This document shows positions 55,501 through 62,849 of a stretch of 64,000 nt of DNA, one piece after another; within the stretch, counting starts at the first letter, position 1; the number at the start of each line of letters is the position of its first letter. The position numbers and the translations under genes are program-made. The DNA comes from a virus, in the IMG/VR virus record IMGVR_UViG_3300045988_121070; one strand, given 5' to 3'. The notes beneath the pieces were generated by a model that had not been told where the DNA came from, searched no databases, and saw only the letters and a program-made list of their open reading frames with translations.

Positions 55501-58395
55501 GCCACCCGCCACGTTATCGTATTCCGTGAGGCGGTCGGCAGACCATCCGACACGAGGAGCCACCTGAGAGGTAATGTCCTTTTCCTTCATCTGAAGGGCG
55601 ATCTTCGCACGGAGTTGCTTCACCACCTCCTTGTAAGCCTTTGCTACATCATAGGCAGTAGATTTTTCGGTGAGCATCTTCGAGAGATACTGGCCATACT
55701 CCTTGTTAAAGTTACGAATAGCAGCCGCACGTTGACGTGAGCCGTTGGCTGCTTCGTCGATAGCCTTCTTAAAGCGTTTCAGACGGTCATCAGCGATGGC
55801 AAACTCACGGTTGAAGTCAGACATCGTGCTATTGAAGCCCTGCATCCATGTAGTAGCCTTTTGTCCGCTCTTAATGACAGAACCGATAGCAATAGCGAGG
55901 CCCGTCAGAAGCGAGATACAGAGACCGATGACATTCATCTTCTGAGCCGTGTTCAGAGCGTGCCATGCAGCCACAAGTCCCTTAGTCTGGAGCGTGGCCA
56001 ATACCGAAGCCTTACCCATGAGACCGATAGACGATGCCAAACCGATGATAGCCACCGAAGCACCCTTGAAGAGCAATCCCGTAAGAATAGCCGGCAGGAG
56101 TGCGAGGAGTATCTTCAATTCAGCAGCAATCAGTCCGAGGAGGTTTTTCATTATCCACATGGAAGCCTCGTTGGAAGTCATGGACTTTGAGAGGTCGTAC
56201 CATGCCTGGGCCATCTGTTTTACCATATCGACACCCTCTGGGTTGGTGAAAGCCTTTGCCCAGAGGTTATTACCCTTTTCGAGGATAGCGTTAGCAGTGT
56301 CCTGTTTCAGAGCATACTCATTGGTGAGAGACGTTGCCTCTGCGAAAGCCTCGTTAGACTCTTCGACATGCGCACGGACCGTATCGACATTCTTAGACAT
56401 GGTAGCCATGACACCGATAAGGCGCTGACCTTCAGAGCCGAGGTCTTTCCAGATGTTGCCGAGGGCATTCATGTTACCCTTTTCACGCATCTTTTCCATT
56501 ATCTGAAGAATGGCCTCCATTGCCTTACCCTGTTGGAAAAGGTTATTGATTGTGCCCTTCTCCATGTTCAACTGCTGTTCGATGAGATTATGGTTGGTTT
56601 GCAGCGACGTGAAGAGTTTACCGAATGCCGTGGCCGCTACTTCAGGAGCCTGGCCGAGCGCATCGGCAGCAGAGCCGAGTGCCAGCAGTTCTGGCGTAGT
56701 GATGCCCGTGATGCGGGAAAGACCCGTGAGGCGTTTAGCGAAGTCAACGATATGTGTTCCTGATGCAGTAGAAGTGGCCGACAGTTGGTTGATAGCCGAG
56801 CCGACAGACAGCATGGAGCGTTCGACACCCAGTTTGGGGATAAGTCCCATGGTATCGACGAGTTTGGAAATTTGCAAGAGGCTGTCATCGCCGAGGTCGT
56901 CGGAGAGCGCCACCTTTACCTGGTCGGCAGCACGGACGAAAGCCGACATACCTTCGACACCATACTGTCCAAAGCCCATTTTACCACCCTGGTAGGCGAG
57001 GTCGGCGAGATCCTGCACCGTAGAGCGCGTGTTTATCTTAGCCAGGCTTTCAGACAATTCGTTGACCTCCTTGGTGGCGAGGCCCGTCACCTTACGGATG
57101 TCTGCGAGTTGGTCAGAATAAGCCAGGTTGCTTTGCAGCATCCCCTGCAGTTTCTGCTGGGCGATAGAAAACAGTTGGAAGACACCGAAGTACATGGAGA
57201 TATTGCGAAACGTCGTTTTCCATGCAGACCCCTGACGGTTGATAGCGCCGGTGGTACGTTCTATTTCCCCACGTATGGCTGCCAGCTGCTTCTGTTTGTC
57301 GATATACTGCTGTTGGTCGCGGTTGAGTTTAGCCATTTCCGTCTCTAACTGCTTTGCCGCCTTTTGGAGTGTTTCGAGCGGAGCCTTGCGGAGGTTAGCC
57401 GGCTGGAGGAGGTTGCCGATATCAACCAGTTCGTGATCAACACCCGCGAGGATGTTTTGCAGCTGCTTCATCTGTTCGTTGAGTTTCTTGCGGGCCGTAT
57501 CGCCTGTGCCGAGGTTGCTCAACTTACGCTGTATCTCATCGATGGCAGCTTTTATTTCCTTTGGTGAGAACTTTTTAGGATCGAGGATGATATTGTCAGC
57601 CTTCTGCTGGAGTTGGTCGGTGGTGAGTTCTATCTGTTTCTCCTTACCCGCGATAGCATCCAGTTGGTCGTCACACTTCTTCAGTTCAGCATTGATGCGC
57701 TCGATCTCAGCAGCCACGTTGCCGGAAGCGGGGAGGATGCCACCTTTGCCCAACTGGTCACGATAACTGGCGAGGTTGGCACGAGCAGAGCGGAGCGCAT
57801 CAGCAGAAGCCCCACCACCACTGATTGTAGCGACAGCGCGGCGAGCCTGTTCGTTTTGCAGTTGATGAAGGATATTGACCTGCGACTGATAGGCGCTGCT
57901 GGTTTTCTGTGTAGAAGCCACCAACTGCTTCTGCTGATTGATGGCGCGTTGCAACCAGGAATCCGTCTGTGTGGAGAGTTCGCCCATGTGCTTTTTGATG
58001 TTCAGCATTTCGCCCTGCATGACCTTGATTTGGTCGGTGATAGCCTTATATTTCTGGCGCAGTTCTTCGAGTTTAGGGCTACTCTCGCTGGTGCGTGACA
58101 TTTCCTTTTTGACCTGACGAAGCGCCTGGTTCAGTTGAGACAGCGACGCATTAGAGAGGTTGGTAATGACCTTCTCCACCTTTTTCATGTCCGCCTCCTG
58201 CTGTTTGATGAGCGCACGGAGGTCGGCCATTTCCTTTTGCAGTTTCTGGGCACGTTGTGCGCCCGTTGCTGTGGAAGTGTTGATGGCATTATACGCCTTT
58301 TCCAGGCGCGACAGTTCGTTGCGCATGGCTTTGACGGCTGCTACTGGTTGTGCGGAGTCCGCACTGATCTTGATGTATATCTGTTTATCGGCCAT
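52579..58395 (-). CDS. Tail tape measure protein
   Basis: 1938 aa. Coiled-coil N-terminus. The core region LADIRKVTGLATKEVNELS...VDFAKRLTG...AATAFGKLF is typical of the TP901-type tape measure core. Hydrophobic segments in the middle. Confidence 0.85.
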   Translation of the reverse strand: MADKQIYIKISADSAQPVAAVKAMRNELSRLEKAYNAINTSTATGAQRAQKLQKEMADLRALIKQQEADMKKVEKVITNLSNASLSQLNQALRQVKKEMSRTSESSPKLEELRQKYKAITDQIKVMQGEMLNIKKHMGELSTQTDSWLQRAINQQKQLVASTQKTSSAYQSQVNILHQLQNEQARRAVATISGGGASADALRSARANLASYRDQLGKGGILPASGNVAAEIERINAELKKCDDQLDAIAGKEKQIELTTDQLQQKADNIILDPKKFSPKEIKAAIDEIQRKLSNLGTGDTARKKLNEQMKQLQNILAGVDHELVDIGNLLQPANLRKAPLETLQKAAKQLETEMAKLNRDQQQYIDKQKQLAAIRGEIERTTGAINRQGSAWKTTFRNISMYFGVFQLFSIAQQKLQGMLQSNLAYSDQLADIRKVTGLATKEVNELSESLAKINTRSTVQDLADLAYQGGKMGFGQYGVEGMSAFVRAADQVKVALSDDLGDDSLLQISKLVDTMGLIPKLGVERSMLSVGSAINQLSATSTASGTHIVDFAKRLTGLSRITGITTPELLALGSAADALGQAPEVAATAFGKLFTSLQTNHNLIEQQLNMEKGTINNLFQQGKAMEAILQIMEKMREKGNMNALGNIWKDLGSEGQRLIGVMATMSKNVDTVRAHVEESNEAFAEATSLTNEYALKQDTANAILEKGNNLWAKAFTNPEGVDMVKQMAQAWYDLSKSMTSNEASMWIMKNLLGLIAAELKILLALLPAILTGLLFKGASVAIIGLASSIGLMGKASVLATLQTKGLVAAWHALNTAQKMNVIGLCISLLTGLAIAIGSVIKSGQKATTWMQGFNSTMSDFNREFAIADDRLKRFKKAIDEAANGSRQRAAAIRNFNKEYGQYLSKMLTEKSTAYDVAKAYKEVVKQLRAKIALQMKEKDITSQVAPRVGWSADRLTEYDNVAGGSPYNGTWLKAYVDDMQKAGKSVEEINKDLARKLGVNGEIAADAYKSRSSKSPTEWFDVHGYVRDMRMNSGPESTLTPNEVRANNTRALTQAERMLYAATRYATQAYSATNAMNRVNKKWKPFEDDLVTATEDESPGALDNDAPDKEAERRRKAEEAARRKALRQEMREEQGKAQAIVDNVKNYYERQIAAITEMATKTGMDSELQKKLVDGMTIRMNNALANVRQAIAGTENDWAQFRQSMLNDLYEPLSADGTNQSTQLLDNIIHNDVEKLKDMITTLSKELGQNGSVLLDQIWRKATENELKNANQQNKAYQDRQKVLLEKNYTGKVNLDYENQMEQFGVAELTSEQIAQMMGWSQKGNNEAIQQFIDDRTAQWQKAFTATRENIVELLSVDANSEDAPDKVLTILFGKEYKSYLAGTGLSSLLNMSADQFKVFYQKLIEYSDAYTDAQKKAYDEAKRRADFVFNNNPTIQSIDKSTQQLSTINSDTQRFESDKNVGQQMGMSWNMDSDPEILRYRLLAERARLYYEDMARLREQDKISEQQLTDAKRQMMEAQSEMADSVARKFQERVSLLQNFSEPLNTFAEGVGESLGNMIYDTEQSDVKFKDLLKDMLKSYVKMSLQLIAQDLTRRVTKQLYYRQEEADETMHQATMLQIQQLYQTLMLTAQATGDAARLTQHSTSNATELAEEAGATTGKVGLGIAGGAAKIIGTLGWWGIPLIGVITALLMGLLSWAIGLAFGGDESGGADAATPNVKLATGMLTYDSGNVQSVSGGSSAGSPSPSGYSPSATPASSGSPAGYGGDRTPVLGTDGYVYQARQVPQLQTGLVTSPIATMVNGQPSLVGERGPEMVIGRETTAAMQMARPDLLAAIVKFDKNYSNGHAYRTYDEGNLSDFLGTDGTTTPDGSPSDNTITKEDIDGLRSTLSEFTAVMLAIKRNGLHVNKYGRGGITQESQDGANFMRRNSGDRLWKG
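52770..52787 (-). repeat. GC hairpin family copy inside the tape measure gene (different stem)
   Basis: ccgacggagaaccgtcgg followed by gagtggtgg. Encodes PDGSPSD. Confidence 0.6.
53102..53120 (-). repeat. GC hairpin family copy inside the tape measure gene
   Basis: ccagcgggcgaaccgctgg. Encodes SSGSPAG. Confidence 0.6.
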
Positions 58396-58407
58396 AGGAG
58401 GTAGATA

Positions 58408-58932
58408 TTAGAATTGGAACACGAGTGGTGGCAGGTCTTCAATATCACGGAACACCTCTACGGAGAGTTCGCGTCCGTAGAAGTCTTCGTAATAGCGCTG
58501 CATACGAGAGGCGACATGACGTGCCTCCATCATTATTGAGGGTCGGCTTGTTTCGCCCATAACGGCGAGCCACTGGCGCACATAGCGGCGGTTGTGGCGA
58601 GCCTTGCGGTCGCGGCGTACCACGTCGAGCGGTCGGCCACCGACAGTACCCATATCGACAAAGCGGAGGTAGTCACGGAAACCGAGGCTGATTGCTTCGT
58701 GGCCAGGGGTGGCATCGATGCGCGAGGTGAACGAGCGAGCACCTTTGCCGGTGGCATACCATCCGCCATGGTCTTTGCGGTACTCGTTGACCTTACGGAA
58801 GCCAGGGTAGATTTCCGTTGGGAAGACGTGCTGTGTCTGCATGTTCGCCTGGAGTGCTTGCACGGCATCCATGGCAAAGCGGCGCAGAACCACGTTCGGG
58901 CGACGCATTGGTTTTTCGAGTTGTGCTGCCAT
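58408..58932 (-). CDS. Hypothetical protein upstream of the tape measure gene
   Basis: 174 aa ORF, first gene after the promoter module at 58951. Confidence 0.6.
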   Translation of the reverse strand: MAAQLEKPMRRPNVVLRRFAMDAVQALQANMQTQHVFPTEIYPGFRKVNEYRKDHGGWYATGKGARSFTSRIDATPGHEAISLGFRDYLRFVDMGTVGGRPLDVVRRDRKARHNRRYVRQWLAVMGETSRPSIMMEARHVASRMQRYYEDFYGRELSVEVFRDIEDLPPLVFQF

Positions 58933-58950
58933 ATAATGCTTATTTTGTTA

Positions 58951-58987
58951 CAAAGATACAAAGAAGCGGCAGCGAGGACGGGACAAA
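58951..58987 (-). promoter_or_regulatory. Promoter module: TATCTTTG plus TTTGTCCCGTCCTCGCTGC
   Basis: The -7 box is 19 nt upstream of ATG 58932. Confidence 0.55.
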
Positions 58988-59003
58988 GAGACTTTGGAGG
59001 GAC

Positions 59004-59018
59004 GGTGATAAAATCGCC
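59004..59018. promoter_or_regulatory. PAL-B variant
   Basis: ggtgataaaatcgcc followed by ttgcaatagacggaacaaaa. Confidence 0.5.
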
Positions 59019-59034
59019 TTGCAATAGACGGAAC

Positions 59035-59060
59035 AAAAAACCGCTGGCAGAACCAGCGGG
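59035..59060 (-). terminator. Intrinsic terminator closing the cassette array
   Basis: On the minus strand, cccgctggttctgccagcgg is followed by tttttt, directly after the C12 stop. Confidence 0.7.
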
Positions 59061-59064
59061 AACA

Positions 59065-59307
59065 CTAAAAGAAGTATTCGATAAGGAGGACGGTTTTGGG
59101 GTAGTGAGCGAGAGAGAGGATGTCTTCAGGCAGCTGCATGGCATCGTAGCGGGTGTTTAGGGTGCAAGCGACACCTCCTGATGCTACGTTGACGGGGACT
59201 ATTTGCCCCCCCCCCCTAAACAGCCTTGGAGGTGCGGAGGTAGTTTGGGAAAGCGGGAGAGCTGTCATGCTATGACAGCATACGGAACGACTTTTCTTAT
59301 AGGTCAT
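59065..59307 (-). CDS. Cassette C12: TRD-like mini-ORF, G11 tract, in frame
   Basis: MTYKK, then an in-frame PAL-A variant, then ...PPRLFRGGGQIVPVNVASGGVACTLNTRYDAMQ...KTVLLIEYFF stop. Tract at 59206-59216. Confidence 0.5.
   Translation of the reverse strand: MTYKKSRSVCCHSMTALPLSQTTSAPPRLFRGGGQIVPVNVASGGVACTLNTRYDAMQLPEDILSLAHYPKTVLLIEYFF
59261..59288 (-). repeat. PAL-A variant inside cassette C12
   Basis: gctgtcatgctatgacagcatacggaac. Confidence 0.55.
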
Positions 59308-59550
59308 ATTCAATAAATACACATTGGGATGTTTCGCCGGCCATTAGAGCAGAAGCGACACGGCCATCCTCCTTGACACGAGCACGGCGGAGTTTGGAGG
59401 TAGGGTAAGCCATATCGAAGACCCCATTGGGGAGGCATTCGATATATCCGCTTTCGGTGGCCTGGCGGACTTGGAGCACGATTTGCCCCCCCTATTGGCG
59501 ATGGTAAGGAACGGGCGACGCAGTTCATAGTGATGGACGTTAGAACTCAT
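59297..59550 (-). CDS. Cassette C11: TRD-like mini-ORF, G7 tract, out of frame
   Basis: From ATG 59550: MSSNVHHYELRRPFLTIANRGG, then the tract at 59486-59492. One extra G gives RGGQIVLQVRQATESGYIE...RVASALMAGETSQCVFIEYDL stop. Confidence 0.5.
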
Positions 59551-59715
59551 ATTCAATCAAGACATAAGGAGTGGTGTTATACATGCCTGTATCGGAATCT
59601 TTGCCAATACCCCCCCTGAAAACGAGGTAATGGTGTTGCAGATCTGCTTCAAGTTGTAACGGAGAACCAGACCTTTCGTATCACGAATCCAGCCGATGAA
59701 GTTATAGGTTGTCAT
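59540..59715 (-). CDS. Cassette C10: TRD-like mini-ORF, G7 tract, out of frame
   Basis: From ATG 59715: MTTYNFIGWIRDTKGLVLRYNLKQICNTITSFSGG, then the tract at 59610-59616. One extra G gives GIGKDSDTGMYNTTPYVLIEYEF stop. Confidence 0.5.
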
Positions 59716-59848
59716 ATTCTATCAGGAGGCAATGAGGACATTTATAATCAGTAGCACGAAGTGCCGGAGAGACCAAAAGCCATTTGCCCCCCCCTGACTT
59801 CCATTCAAAAGCGTGGGATAAAGGATGAACGCCTACCTTATAAATCAT
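59702..59848 (-). CDS. Cassette C9: TRD-like mini-ORF, G8 tract, in frame
   Basis: MIYKVGVHPLSHAFEWKSGGGKWLLVSPALRATDYKCPHCLLIEYDNL stop. SPALRATDYK resembles the SPTLTARDYK motif of C5-MTase TRDs. Tract at 59787-59794. Confidence 0.55.
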   Translation of the reverse strand: MIYKVGVHPLSHAFEWKSGGGKWLLVSPALRATDYKCPHCLLIEYDNL

Positions 59849-59991
59849 ATTCTATCAGGATATACCCCCCCCCCATTTGCGGCCAACACCGTTTGGACGA
59901 TGCCGGCAGTACCTTGAACATTACCATCAAAACCATTACGGAAGGTATCGTAATATAGGTTCCCAATACGAAGGATGTTGCTATAAATCAT
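59838..59991 (-). CDS. Cassette C8: TRD-like mini-ORF, G10 tract, out of frame
   Basis: From ATG 59991: MIYSNILRIGNLYYDTFRNGFDGNVQGTAGIVQTVLAANGGG, then the tract at 59865-59874. One G fewer gives YILIEYDL stop. Confidence 0.5.
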
Positions 59992-60282
59992 ATTCGATAA
60001 TTACATTATTGACGTGAGCGGTGATGATTGTAGCAGAGGGGTTACGAAAATAATTACAGACGAGTTCGGGCACCCCCCCATCTTAGCATCCTGACGGTAG
60101 AAACGGAGGTCGCCATTCGGGAGCCAGTGAGCAGCGATGATATCACGGCGAGAAAGACCAAGCCGAGAACGGCTGGGAGTGGTGGCGGAGGAACCAGCGG
60201 GGGAACCGCTGGACGCTGTGGAATTGGGGGCTGCGATAGTATCGCAGCATACGGGACAATCTACAATTCTCTTTCTATCCAT
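59981..60282 (-). CDS. Cassette C7: TRD-like mini-ORF with an in-frame PAL-A plus two hairpins, G7 tract, out of frame
   Basis: MDRKRIVD, then a 35-codon insert, then SRRDIIAAHWLPNGDLRFYRQDAKMGG, then the tract at 60073-60079. One extra G gives VPELVCNYFRNPSATIITAHVNNVIIEYDL stop. Confidence 0.5.
60158..60212 (-). repeat. Two GC hairpin family copies inside cassette C7
   Basis: ccaagccgagaacggctgg at 60158-60176 and ccagcgggggaaccgctgg at 60194-60212. Confidence 0.65.
60230..60257 (-). repeat. PAL-A copy inside cassette C7
   Basis: gctgcgatagtatcgcagcatacgggac. Confidence 0.7.
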
Positions 60283-60520
60283 ACGAGGTTATCTTTTTGC
60301 ACGGAGGTGATGGTGTTTGTGACTTGGGCGGAACCGAGTTCGATAACTTGGTGAAAGTTGCGGTCAGCATGAGCACCACGGAATGAGAGGCAGTCGAGGT
60401 CACGATTAACCTGCGAACATATACGGACAGAAGCGGCACGGCTGTCTGGGTCTCGGTCGTAGAGGTAGGTCATGGTTTGCCCCCCCTACCTCGGCTTGCT
60501 GAGATACGGACTTTGGCCAT
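60261..60520 (-). CDS. Cassette C6: TRD-like mini-ORF, G7 tract, out of frame
   Basis: From ATG 60520: MAKVRISASRGRGG, then the tract at 60480-60486. One extra G gives QTMTYLYDRDPDSRAASVRI...AQVTNTITSVQKDNLVWIEREL stop. The distal part also has its own ATG at 60473. Confidence 0.5.
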
Positions 60521-60542
60521 GTCTGCGGACGGTTCAGTATCT

Positions 60543-60731
60543 TTAATCAAGAGCATATTCTACTAATAAGAGGTTATCTTTCTGAATGCCAGTGATAGTG
60601 TTAGAGCAGCCATCGGTTGCAGGGAGCAAAAAACGGTCGGAGAAACGGCAATGCCCCCCCCTATCTCCGTAGATACGGCGCACGGCTTTTGCGTGAGCGG
60701 TGCGGACAGCACGGAGGATAGAAGCCCCACC
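60543..60731 (-). CDS. Cassette C5: TRD-like segment with no start codon of its own, G8 tract, in frame
   Basis: GGASILRAVRTAHAKAVRRIYGDRGGHCRFSDRFLLPATDGCSNTITGIQKDNLLLVEYALD stop. Its frame stays open back through both hairpins into the core gene (track ORF 60543..60866). Tract at 60654-60661. Confidence 0.5.
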   Translation of the reverse strand, partial: GGASILRAVRTAHAKAVRRIYGDRGGHCRFSDRFLLPATDGCSNTITGIQKDNLLLVEYALD

Positions 60732-60779
60732 GAAAACGGCGGGGAGTGACGGCTTAGACCCGCTGGGAGAACCAGCGGG
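60725..60779 (-). repeat. Two GC hairpin family copies between the MTase core stop and cassette C5
   Basis: ccccaccgaaaacggcgggg at 60725-60744 and cccgctgggagaaccagcggg at 60759-60779. Confidence 0.7.
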
Positions 60780-60783
60780 CACA

Positions 60784-62151
60784 CTAACCTTTGGCACGGA
60801 TGGCTGCGATTTCTTCATCAGAGAGTTTGTGATCGGTGACGGTGTAGTAAATCTTAGCGGCAGCATCCGTCTCGTTTTTGGAGAGGAACTTTATCACGCT
60901 GTCCGGCTTCAGGAAGAACTTTTCACTAACCTCCTCTTCGAGAATGTCAGCGATGCAGGTGGTGAGTTCAAAGGGACGCGGGAACTCATACTGCGTATCG
61001 CCGAGGATATCCTGACGGATGGAGATCATATAGACCCGTTCGCGGTTCTGAGCTACGCCATAGTGTTTGCTGTTCAGAATGCCAAACTTCGTTTTCTTCT
61101 CACGTTTCTCTTTGCCCCAGGGGTAAGGGAATGACGGTGCGAGGAAGTTGACATAGCCATGTTTCTCCAGTAGGGCGCACCATTCTTTGAAGTCGGGCAT
61201 GTTGACGCTGTTAATGAGGGCAGAGACATTTTCCTGAAGGAGGATTTTCGGGCGCATCTGTTCAACAGCCTTTTCGGTGTACCAAAGGACTGCAGAGCGG
61301 GTGTCAGAGCCTTTTTTGATGCCCGCACGTTTTCCCGCCTGACTGATGGACTGACAGGGCGTGGAGTAAGTCAAGAAATCGATGTCAGCATCCGAGAGGT
61401 CGCTCCAGTCACATTTGGTCATGTCGCCCCTATTGAGGGAGGCATACTGCGGGAAGAGCAAGTTATGAGCAACCACGGCAGGCTGTTCATTGATTGGCCT
61501 TTTGCTTTCGGGGTCGAACTCAGCCCATGCCACGAGTTCATAGGCGAAATCAGGATAACGCTCACGGAGCATGTCAAAGGCTATGCACTGGGAGTCATAG
61601 CCAGAGCAAAGCGTAACCACCTTCAGAGGCTGTTCGCAGAAATTGCGAGACATCTGGAAAGTGGGTAGCGCAAACATATCCTGCACTTCACCAGGTATGC
61701 GGCGGTCGGTGGGGAATAAAAAAGCCTCGTAGATATACATGAGGACATCGCAGACGATTGAATTGCCAGCGAGCTTGTAGTGGTTGGAGTTGGAGATTAT
61801 CTGCACGGGGCCAAAACGCTCTTCGGTTTTGGCGGCCTTGATTTTTTCGTAAGCAAGGGTGTAGTTCTGACGGAGGAGTTCTATTTCCTCGGCATCATCA
61901 TCCTCTTCATCCCCAGCGACGGAATCACTGGGCACAGTATCTGGAGCATCTGCAGGTGCTTCGTTTTCTTCATCTGAGGGAGGTGTTTCGAGGCTTTCCA
62001 AAGAATCGCGGAAGGCTTCTTCTACTTCTTTCATTGTTGCCGAGGGTTCCAAACCGAACACGCTTAACTCATTATCGACATCAACGAAAGCGGTGTATGA
62101 CTTTTGTTCAGTAGCCATCAACTGAGAAATCTGGCGTTCAGGAACGCCCAT
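60784..62151 (-). CDS. DNA (cytosine-5) methyltransferase catalytic core, circularly permuted (motif X precedes motif I)
   Basis: YKLAGNSIVCDVL (X), VTLCSGYDSQ (I), TYSTPCQSIS (IV), ILLQENVSAL (VI), GVAQNRERVY (VIII). As sequenced the ORF begins at MGVPE, in the middle of motif IX. Confidence 0.85.
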   Translation of the reverse strand: MGVPERQISQLMATEQKSYTAFVDVDNELSVFGLEPSATMKEVEEAFRDSLESLETPPSDEENEAPADAPDTVPSDSVAGDEEDDDAEEIELLRQNYTLAYEKIKAAKTEERFGPVQIISNSNHYKLAGNSIVCDVLMYIYEAFLFPTDRRIPGEVQDMFALPTFQMSRNFCEQPLKVVTLCSGYDSQCIAFDMLRERYPDFAYELVAWAEFDPESKRPINEQPAVVAHNLLFPQYASLNRGDMTKCDWSDLSDADIDFLTYSTPCQSISQAGKRAGIKKGSDTRSAVLWYTEKAVEQMRPKILLQENVSALINSVNMPDFKEWCALLEKHGYVNFLAPSFPYPWGKEKREKKTKFGILNSKHYGVAQNRERVYMISIRQDILGDTQYEFPRPFELTTCIADILEEEVSEKFFLKPDSVIKFLSKNETDAAAKIYYTVTDHKLSDEEIAAIRAKG

Positions 62152-62155
62152 TAGC

Positions 62156-62465
62156 CTATAGCATTCGGGGGGGGGTAAGTTTTCGGATGTCGAAGTACCT
62201 CACGGGGTGCTTCGGATCCTTTTTGCCCTGGAGGTCAGGGTGGTTGTCGGGATAAATTTTTGCAATCATACGCTCTTTATGTTTAATATCAAATCTTTCT
62301 TCACAAACAAAATAATGATTACGGGCAGAGATACCCGCCAGAATCGTTACAGCGATGCCATGATGCGACCGCTGATTATAGGTGTCGAGCATTTCGCCGT
62401 GAAAGTTCGGTCGCCATTGCCCCCCCCCTAATCATGGCATTCAGCCGAGAATTAAAATGGTTCAT
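62156..62465 (-). CDS. Cassette C4: TRD-like segment plus the first half of motif IX, cut by two 9-nt tracts
   Basis: From ATG 62465: MNHFNSRLNAMIRGG, then G9 at 62420-62428. One G fewer gives QWRPNFHGEMLDTYNQRSHHGIAVTILAG...YFDIRKLTPP, then coding-strand C9 at 62167-62175. One C fewer gives ECYRLMGVPERQ, continuous with the core. Confidence 0.6.
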
Positions 62466-62650
62466 AAGTCATATTCTATTAAAACGACAGTCATTGGGAA
62501 GTGTGCAAGCGTCAGGATATTCGTAGGTCCGACAGCATCGTAACGAGTGGTAAGGGTAGCAGCGCAGCCGTCGGCTGTGACATTGACAGGAGCGATTTGC
62601 CCCCCCCTGGTAGTGCGGAATGCACCGATGTTTGTTATCTTACAGATCAT
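62462..62650 (-). CDS. Cassette C3: TRD-like mini-ORF, G8 tract, in frame
   Basis: MICKITNIGAFRTTRGGQIAPVNVTADGCAATLTTRYDAVGPTNILTLAHFPMTVVLIEYDL stop. Tract at 62600-62607. Confidence 0.55.
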   Translation of the reverse strand: MICKITNIGAFRTTRGGQIAPVNVTADGCAATLTTRYDAVGPTNILTLAHFPMTVVLIEYDL

Positions 62651-62849
62651 ATTCAATCAATACGCCAGTGGCACCACGAGTGGTTTTTAGAAGAAAATTA
62701 GCGACACTACTTTTCTGATACTGAGCTTTGATGGTTCGACATACCCCCCCCTGATAAGCGTTAATAAGCCCCAGCCGAGAACGGCTGGGAGTGGTGTTTT
62801 TTTGAGCTGCGATGGTATCGCAGCATACGGGACACTTTTCATAGGTCAT
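62640..62849 (-). CDS. Cassette C2: TRD-like mini-ORF with an in-frame PAL-A plus hairpin, G8 tract, in frame
   Basis: MTYEK, then a 23-codon insert (CPVCCDTIAAQKNTTPSRSRLGL), then INAYQGGVCRTIKAQYQKSSVANFLLKTTRGATGVLIEYDL stop. Tract at 62744-62751. Confidence 0.55.
   Translation of the reverse strand: MTYEKCPVCCDTIAAQKNTTPSRSRLGLINAYQGGVCRTIKAQYQKSSVANFLLKTTRGATGVLIEYDL
62770..62789 (-). repeat. GC hairpin family copy inside cassette C2
   Basis: cccagccgagaacggctggg followed by agtggtg. Confidence 0.7.
62806..62833 (-). repeat. PAL-A copy inside cassette C2
   Basis: gctgcgatggtatcgcagcatacgggac. Confidence 0.7.
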
